The position numbers and the translations under genes are program-made. Below, piece after piece: positions 38,146-44,900 of a stretch of DNA of 64,000 bases (position 1 is its first letter; each line of letters begins with the position of its first letter). Origin of the DNA: Candidatus Eiseniibacteriota bacterium (GTDB lineage: Bacteria > Eisenbacteria > RBG-16-71-46 > JASEGR01); assembly GCA_030017955.1 (NCBI GenBank), contig JASEGR010000002.1, positions 10,485 to 74,484 on the forward strand. Direction: 5' to 3'. The notes under the pieces are model-generated. The model did no database searches, was not told the origin of the DNA, and saw nothing but the letters and a program-made list of their open reading frames with translations.

Positions 38146-38162
38146 CCCTACGCTGTCACCCT

Positions 38163-38186
38163 GAGGGGGTCGGCCACGACCCCCTC
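38163..38186 (-). other. Perfect 10-bp stem / 4-nt loop hairpin (GAGGGGGTCG-GCCA-CGACCCCCTC)
   Basis: Read directly from the sequence. It lies between the palindrome at 38275 and the start of the 273-aa gene. Confidence 0.5.
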
Positions 38187-38273
38187 ATACCCCCTGGCAG
38201 TGTGCCTTATGAAACGCCCCGCATTTCGTAAAGTCATCTCTGGGAGGGCACACTGGCTCTGCGCTGGCTGCAA

Positions 38274-38307
38274 AGAAGAAGGGGAAGAATATTCTTCCCC
38301 TTCTTCT
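38274..38307 (-). terminator. Perfect 32-34 nt palindrome (GAAGAAGGGGAAGAAT|ATTCTTCCCCTTCTTC), probable intra-cluster terminator or attenuator
   Basis: It starts 13 nt after the stop of the small gene at 38320. The stem is up to 17 bp and is followed on the minus strand by TTGCAG, a weak U-tract. Confidence 0.6.
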
Positions 38308-38319
38308 CGAGTGACCGGC

Positions 38320-38532
38320 CTACCAACTCCAGTCGTCGAACTTGGACTCGTCCTTGTCAAGAGTGCCATGAAGAACAACTCTGTATTCGCCGGTCTCCGG
38401 ATTGACCAACTCCACTTTTGCCCTTGCGTTGGTCGAACAGACCAGCATCTCGGAGAGCTTGTTTCTGAGCGATGCAGGGGCGGTCGGCGACTTCTCAAGA
38501 TAATCAAAATCCTGAATCTTGAATCTTGGCAT
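38320..38532 (-). CDS. Small conserved hypothetical protein, paralog 1 (70 aa)
   Basis: MPRFKIQDFDYLEKSPTAPASLRNKLSEMLV...TGEYRVVLHGTLDKDESKFDDWSW. About 60% identical to the adjacent ORF over its full length. Confidence 0.6.
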   Translation of the reverse strand: MPRFKIQDFDYLEKSPTAPASLRNKLSEMLVCSTNARAKVELVNPETGEYRVVLHGTLDKDESKFDDWSW

Positions 38533-38554
38533 GATAAAAATCCTCCTTCAGAGT

Positions 38555-38761
38555 TTAGGGCGTATCCCACCTGCTCTCGTCTTTGTCGAGTGTTCCCTGG
38601 AGAACAATCCTGTACTCCCCGGTCGTCCTGTTGACGGCCTCCACCTTGCAGTTGGCATTGTGAGAATTAAGTAGCATCTGGCTCACTTTGTTTCTCAGAT
38701 TTCCCGGAGAAGTCGGCCATCTTTCGAGGCACTCGAAATCCTGGAGATTGAACTTCGGCAT
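38555..38761 (-). CDS. Small conserved hypothetical protein, paralog 2 (68 aa)
   Basis: MPKFNLQDFECLERWPTSPGNLRNKVSQMLL...TGEYRIVLQGTLDKDESRWDTP, preceded by the strong RBS GGGAGGAGGTGA. Confidence 0.6.
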   Translation of the reverse strand: MPKFNLQDFECLERWPTSPGNLRNKVSQMLLNSHNANCKVEAVNRTTGEYRIVLQGTLDKDESRWDTP

Positions 38762-38812
38762 TGCTCATCACCTCCTCCCTATTAGGGTCTGGAATTCTCT
38801 TCCTCGTGAAGC

Positions 38813-39187
38813 TCAGTCCTTTTCAGACTCGTACGGCTTTTCGCATGCGATGACGAACCTGTACGGAGCCGTTATTGCAGGCAGATCCCTGGTGCAGAAC
38901 ATGCACTTTTCTCTTTCTGGTTCCACCCTGTTTTGTTGCCTGGACATCTGTTTCACCCACTCCTTTACAAGCTCAAGTCTCAGAACTTGGTCGATCTCCC
39001 CGGTCTCATTCCATGAACTCATGGCTTTCTTCATGAGGAGCGGATTTGTCGTCAGAACCTCTCTGAAACCGAGAAGCGCTTGTTCCTTTGAAAGCGGTTT
39101 TTCGCGGATAATAGGGGTTTCGTTTATGACTGGAAGAAGACCTGAATCTTCTAGAAGACGTTCGAGCAGCAGCCGTTGATCTGACAA
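38813..39187 (-). CDS. Hypothetical protein (124 aa)
   Basis: TTG start preceded by GGAGGGTG. No motif recognised. It is the first gene after a 315-nt gap. Confidence 0.45.
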   Translation of the reverse strand: MSDQRLLLERLLEDSGLLPVINETPIIREKPLSKEQALLGFREVLTTNPLLMKKAMSSWNETGEIDQVLRLELVKEWVKQMSRQQNRVEPEREKCMFCTRDLPAITAPYRFVIACEKPYESEKD

Positions 39188-39502
39188 GACACCCTCCGAT
39201 TTATTCCCGCGCTTCGCCTGTTCTCTGGAAGGGCAGGATGGGAAGCATGCTGTTTATCTAATCGTCAGGCTGGGCTTTACACTTGAGGGAAATCTTCTAC
39301 TGGCAGGAAAACGAATGGGGTCATGAGCGACTGGGATGGCTGACAGTGATGAACCCTGAGCTGGCTTCTGTGGGAGGGATGGGGACACATCTTGGCGAGC
39401 AAGGTGGGGATACCCAGCCCTTCAGACGCTGGGAGGGGCAAGGATTCCCCGCCTAGCGGGCCATAGATGGGTCATCCCGGAGCGGAGCCGGCGAAGGGCT
39501 CA

Positions 39503-40300
39503 TCACTGTGGTAGTTCCTGGGGGAGCGTCTCAATGACCGACAGGATGCGCGAGAACAGGTCTTCGAGAACCTTCGAGATTGAGCCGGTCCCGGAAGGTC
39601 TTCTGAGGAGCTGGAGGTCGAAAGGGAGAAATCCGAGCCCGACCGGAGTGAAATTGAGAAAACGGTCTGAGACTCCAGCAAGTATTTGAGAAGCACTTCG
39701 CCCCTCGTTAGGCGTGGTACACCTGTTAACCACAACACCGACTCTGGAAGTCGTTTTGCCCAGGACAATGTTTTTGAGAAGGGCATAATTGGAAGTCAGC
39801 GATAGAGGGTCAGGTGTTGCTACGATCACCGCAAACGTTGAGATTTCACGAAGCTCCGCGCCAGGACCTCCCAGACCCGATGGAATGTCAAGAATAATGC
39901 AGTCGAATTCTCTTGATATGGGTTCAAGGTCGCCGCGGACTGAGAGATGCTCCTCGTGTGAGAGCCCCGAGAGACTGCCGAGTCCGGGACACCCGGCAAG
40001 AACGCTGACTCCGGTCTTGGTTTCCTTCACGCACGACCTGAGTGTCCTTTTCCCTTCGAGATACTGAGCAAAGTGATCATCCGGCTCGATGCCAAAGAAA
40101 AAGTGGCTTGAACCAAGACTCCAGTTAGCGTCAACGAGTAGAGTTTTCTTTCCGAGCCTGGAAAGCCACAAGGAGAACTGAGTCGCCAGGTAGGATACTC
40201 CGGTCCCCCCGTTGCCCGAGGAAAAACTGATGAGTACGCCCTGGAGCGATCCGAAATCTTGCGCAAGACCGGGCCTTCCTTCAGACGCCTCATCGTTCAT
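39503..40300 (-). CDS. MinD/ParA/FlhG-like P-loop protein with a degenerate Walker A motif
   Basis: 265 aa with LISFSSGNGGTGVSYLA where MinD has SGKGGVGKT. LLVDANWSLGS (Switch-I-like), CIILDIPSG (Walker B-like) and VVVNR are also present. Confidence 0.7.
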   Translation of the reverse strand: MNDEASEGRPGLAQDFGSLQGVLISFSSGNGGTGVSYLATQFSLWLSRLGKKTLLVDANWSLGSSHFFFGIEPDDHFAQYLEGKRTLRSCVKETKTGVSVLAGCPGLGSLSGLSHEEHLSVRGDLEPISREFDCIILDIPSGLGGPGAELREISTFAVIVATPDPLSLTSNYALLKNIVLGKTTSRVGVVVNRCTTPNEGRSASQILAGVSDRFLNFTPVGLGFLPFDLQLLRRPSGTGSISKVLEDLFSRILSVIETLPQELPQ

Positions 40301-41180
40301 TGTCTTTTTGTCCGGATTCCCCCGGAGAAGAACCTCCGAGGGACATTATCTCGGCAATGGTCAGGAGCCCCGCCTTTGGCTTCTCGTCCGGCACTGCGAA
40401 CTTTTCCCTGAGCTTCCTCAAGGCTTCCTCAATGTCCTCGGCCTCTTGAATCTGCATGGGACCGGCGCCCCCTCCGTCAAGTGAGAACTCGAGAAAACCT
40501 CGTCCTGCCTGGATGGTTGCTACCGGCTTCTGGAATGCCTCCACAAAGATTCTTCCACGCTCGCACTTCAGAGAGACTCCGGGAAAGAGCTTCTGGATTC
40601 TCCCCGCCGCCCGCATCGCAAGATTTCGCAATTTGTCCGGCTCTATTTGGGAGAAAAATGCGGGCAGAGATTCCGCATCCACCCGCTTGATGCGGGACAG
40701 GTTCACTGCGTTGAAGACGGGGTACTTCTCATCCTTGCCGAGAAGGACTACTCTGAGTTCGAAAAGCTCAATTGCATAGCTGGAGAAGGAGGCCATCCGT
40801 TCAAGAAAGATATCTGGAAAAGAGGGAGCAGCAACTACTATCCTGCAAGCTTCAGCGTTGACCGCTTCACTCCCTGGAAAAAGAATCGAGAAAAACCAGG
40901 GGTTTTTCTTCTCCCACAGGTAAATATCCAGCAGTTCCAAGAAGAGCCCGTCTGAAGGTTCGAGTGATATGCAGAGGGACACAGGCTTCCGATTGCAGTC
41001 GATCCCGACAAGATAGCTTCTTTCTTTCTGAGAAGCTTTTATCAAGCCGGGCGGAAGCTTCTTCTCACCACCCTTGAGGATTACCGAATATCCATTCTCG
41101 AAAGAGTGCGGCCACCGGATGATGAGCTCAGCGAGTTCGTCGAGGTCGTGAATATCAGTGAAAGAGATTCTGGCGTGCAT
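40290..41180 (-). CDS. Hypothetical protein (296 aa)
   Basis: First gene of the minus-strand cluster; its end overlaps the ParA-like gene by 11 nt. No confident motif; the segment LVGID...LLDIYLWEKK is only vaguely nuclease-like. Confidence 0.45.
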   Translation of the reverse strand: MHARISFTDIHDLDELAELIIRWPHSFENGYSVILKGGEKKLPPGLIKASQKERSYLVGIDCNRKPVSLCISLEPSDGLFLELLDIYLWEKKNPWFFSILFPGSEAVNAEACRIVVAAPSFPDIFLERMASFSSYAIELFELRVVLLGKDEKYPVFNAVNLSRIKRVDAESLPAFFSQIEPDKLRNLAMRAAGRIQKLFPGVSLKCERGRIFVEAFQKPVATIQAGRGFLEFSLDGGGAGPMQIQEAEDIEEALRKLREKFAVPDEKPKAGLLTIAEIMSLGGSSPGESGQKDNER

Positions 41181-41234
41181 TTCTGCCTCTGGATGTCTGG
41201 AATTCCAGGACTGGGTGCCTATCGATGCAATCTC

Positions 41235-41263
41235 AGGCTATCATTGGACAAGAGACCTGTCAA
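41235..41263 (-). promoter_or_regulatory. Candidate sigma70 promoter for the minus-strand cluster (TTGACA-17 nt-TAGCCT)
   Basis: Read directly from the reverse complement. Confidence 0.3.
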
Positions 41264-41306
41264 GGCAGTCGCGGCAGCGGAGATGCTTCTCCCAAGAGGC
41301 GCGTTC

Positions 41307-41336
41307 TTGACAGTTCACCGCCAGAGCCACTATTGT
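41307..41336 (+). promoter_or_regulatory. Candidate sigma70 promoter (TTGACA-18 nt-TATTGT), divergent from the one above
   Basis: Read directly from the sequence, upstream of 41411. Confidence 0.3.
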
Positions 41337-41410
41337 CAAACATAATGTAGGGTTCTGTTGTCTGTGCTGGACGATGATGTTTCAGGGAATTGCACTGCTC
41401 TGGAGGTGCC

Positions 41411-41893
41411 ATGAAGACAGAGGTAATTGACATTGATCTTCCCAAAGACACGAATGTGATCATTGGGCAAGCCCACTTCATAAAGACGGTTGAAGACCTC
41501 TATGAGGCATTCGTGACTTCTGTGCCGGCTGCGAAGTTTGGCGTAGCATTCTCCGAAGCTTCGGGGCCCTGCCTTGTCCGTTCTGAAGGGAACGATGCTG
41601 AACTCAAGGAATCTGCAGAGAGGGCAGCTCTTTCAATAGGAGCCGGGCATGTGTTTGTTGCCTTCATGAAGGATGCCTTTCCAATAAACGTCCTTGGGGC
41701 AATCAAATCGTGCGATGAGGTGTGTTCCATCTTCTGTGCCACAGCCAATCCTCTCCAGGTCGTTGTTGCGGAAACTGAAAAAGGAAGAGGAATCATGGGT
41801 GTCATAGACGGATCGCCGCCAAGGACCGTTGAAGGCAGCGAGGATGTGAAGAACAGGAAATCCTTCTTGAGACGGATAGGATACAAGCTGTAG
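41411..41893 (+). CDS. Adenosine-specific kinase family protein (PF04008/DUF355-like)
   Basis: ATG 41411 follows GGAGG. The sequence TNVIIGQAHFIKTVEDLYEAFV...FSEASGPCLVRSEGND...IFCATANPLQVVVAET matches my memory of this family. Confidence 0.7.
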   Translation: MKTEVIDIDLPKDTNVIIGQAHFIKTVEDLYEAFVTSVPAAKFGVAFSEASGPCLVRSEGNDAELKESAERAALSIGAGHVFVAFMKDAFPINVLGAIKSCDEVCSIFCATANPLQVVVAETEKGRGIMGVIDGSPPRTVEGSEDVKNRKSFLRRIGYKL

Positions 41894-41919
41894 TCACTCG
41901 TCAGGAGAAACCGCAGACG

Positions 41920-44900
41920 ATGTCCGATATCGATATTGGAAAAATCCTAGCCGGAAGGTACAAGGTCCTTGCTCGTCTCGGCACCGGGGGCATGGGCTCG
42001 GTTTACAAAATCGAGGATTTGAAACAGGGCGGTATCAAGGCTCTAAAGCTGCTCTCCAGAGAACTGAACACTCGAAAAGATAGAGAGCGGTTTGTGAGGG
42101 AGTTCCTGCGGCTCTCGAAACTTGAGCATCCAAACATCGTTCGTGTTCACGAACAGGATTGGGCAGATGATGTCAGTCCCTTCTACACGATGGAATTCAT
42201 CGAAGGGAAGAATCTTCTGGATGCATGGGCATTGATGGAATCAGAACGAGCTTGCTCGGTAGTAGCGGATATTCTTCAGGGCCTCATGTTCATCCATTCA
42301 AGAGGGATAGTCCACCTGGACGTGAAGCCATCAAACATCTTTGTAATAGATGCTGGTCCCCGCCCCACTGCGAAGCTCGCGGACTTCGGTCTCGCGAGGT
42401 TGTTTCGTGAAAAGGGATCGGGCAAAGTCTCCGGCACACCGGGATTCGTTGCTCCTGAGCTGCTCGAAGGGAAGGGAGCTGACGGAAGGTGCGATCTCTA
42501 TTCTTTCGGCGTGACGATTTGCCATGCAGCGAGCGGCGGCAAGATTGAGTTCGATGAGAACAGGGAAGTCGTCTTTCGCGCCGGCCTTTTTTCCAGAATG
42601 CCCCAAGGGTTTGAGAAAGTGATATCGAGATTGCTGGAGCGGGACCCACGAAAAAGGTACCAGTTCGCCGATGAGGTGCTGAGGGACTTTTCCCAATTTC
42701 TGGGAAGAACATATGTTGCTACCGGGAAGGGGACAGTATTCCTGCCGGCTTTCACAGGAAGACAGAAATTGATTCGGGAGTTCGACTCTCTCCTTCTGGA
42801 TCAAACTCAGAACAACAGGGCCGTCCTCCTCGTGCGTGGAGAATCCGGGACCGGCAAGACGCGGCTCCTTGAAGAATTTGCTGCAACTGCGTCCATGAAG
42901 GGATTCTTCCCGATAATGATTGACTATCCGGGAAAGAATCGTGGACTGGAGATCTTCCACCAATTTTGCGAGAAGTCGTTTGAGAGGACCGGCGATGAGT
43001 TTTTCCTCGAAGCCCGTTCAAGGTTCTCAGCGTGGGCCGGGAGCTCAGAAAGAGAATTCTTCCTTCAAGTCGACGAATTTCTCTGCAAAGCAGCAGAGAT
43101 ACTTTTCCGGAAACCCGGCACGAAGCCCCACCTTGTTGTTCTTGTTGACTCAGCTCATCTAATCGATGAGTTGAGTTTCGCATATATCAGCATGTTCTCG
43201 AATAATTCATCGCTTGCTGGCGGCCTCTTTGTCCTCACCTGCCTTGATCCGCCTCCTGTTCATTCCTTCCTCGAAGAGGATGAACTTTCGAAAGCCTCCG
43301 GGTTCCAGAGGCGTGAACTTGATCCTCTTTCCAGGGACGAGATCGAGCTTGTAGTCGCATCGATGCTCGGGACCGCTACTCCTCCGTCCGGCCTGGCTCA
43401 AAGGGTCTTTGAAATATCTCAGGGTAATCCTCTCTATGCCGTCCAGTTTGTGAAGATGGCTGTCGAGGGGAAAATTCTCTCACGAGCGGGCGGAGCCTGG
43501 AAATATGATGAAGAGGGGAAAGAGCTGCCTCTACCGGGGTCTCTGGAGGCTGCGTTTGAGAATATTCTTTCAGGCCTTGGCACTGAGACTCTTTCAGTTC
43601 TCAAAGCTGCGAGCGTTTTTGAGATCTCAATACTGGGCGATTTCCTTGAAGAGCTTGTCTCTCTCAAGCCGGAAGGTTTTCTTGACTCTTTGGGTGAGCT
43701 TCTAGGTAAGGGACTTCTTTCAGAACAGGGAGATGGCCTCTTCTTTTTTTCAAACTCATCTTTGCAGCAATACGTGGAGAGGAGGTTAGAGCCAGGGAGG
43801 AAGAAGGAGCTACATGAGCATCTTGCCGGCATCCTTGAAGAGAAATCGGACGCGGATGAGACAGTCTGGGAGATTGCCGATCACTACCTGAAAAGCAATC
43901 GCCTCGATAAGGCAAAGGAGTACGCAAGAAAAGCTGCCGGCCTTGCACTGAGAAGAAGATGCCCGAGAAAAGGCGCTCATTTCCTGAAGACCCTCCTTGA
44001 GCTGCATCCTGAAGTCTCTGAAGAAGAGAAGAATGAACTCATGATTCAGCTTGCAGATCTTCTCGAGGAAGCCGGGATGCTTGACCAGGCACTCGGTGCT
44101 TTGAAATCTCTGGAAGCAAAAGAAGGCGATGCCTCTCCGTTCGCGCTGAAAGCAATCTTCAGAGAGGGTGTCATTCTTAGAAAGAAGGGAGAGCTCAGGC
44201 AGGCGAGGGAAAAACTCGATGCGTGTCATATCCGGGCTGTCGAACAGGGGCAGGAATCTGTATGCGGGGAGATCCTGCTTGAGCTTGGCTGGCTCGAACA
44301 TCTCGAGGGAAGAGGCGGTGAGGCAGTCAGCACCTTTGAGACAGCCCGGGAAATCTTTGACGGTCTTCAGGATTCCAAGAATGTCGCTCTCGCGCTTATG
44401 AGAAAAGGAATAGTGGAAATCTACTCCGGAATGTTTGATGGGGCAGAGGCCTCATTCTCCGAGGCCCTCTCTATCGGCAGGAAAGAGGATGATATCCTGA
44501 CCATCCAGAAGTGTCTTTTGAACATCGGTTTCGTCCTGGACAATAAGGGTGAGCTGGAAAAGGGCCTCGCAACCTACAAGGATGCGCTCTCGCTGTCGGA
44601 GGGGCGAGAGGATAGTTTTTCTGCGGCGCTCATACTCAACAATGTCGCCTCTGTCGAGGAGAAACTCGGGAGATTCGAGGAAGCGGAGAAGTGTTATCTG
44701 CAGGTAATCGACTTGAGAAACAGGATTGGCAACAAGAGCGGCGAGGCGTGGTCCAGAGTCTCGCTTAGTTGGGTCCTCATGCTCAGGGGTGAGTGGCTGA
44801 AGGCTGAGGAATATATCACCCAGGGGCTTGAGATGTCATGCCGGTTGGGAGACAGGTCCACTCTCTCCGCGGCCAAAGAGAATCTGGCTCTTCTTTCCCT

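Noticed and set aside
38320-38761. The idea that the two ~70-aa paralogs are RiPP (for example graspetide-type) precursors, because of the Thr/Lys/Asp/Glu/Trp-rich C-termini.
   Set aside because: Conservation is uniform along the whole length rather than split into leader and core. I see no ATP-grasp, radical SAM, cyclodehydratase or peptidase gene in the cluster. It is kept only as a minor alternative.
39188-39502. A G-rich (+ strand) 315-nt gap with repeated GGGA(T/G)GG strings, considered as an ncRNA, G-quadruplex element or sigma54 promoter region.
   Set aside because: No -24/-12 element with correct spacing is present on the minus strand, and I found no convincing conserved secondary structure. 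The evidence is too thin to call anything beyond an intergenic promoter region.
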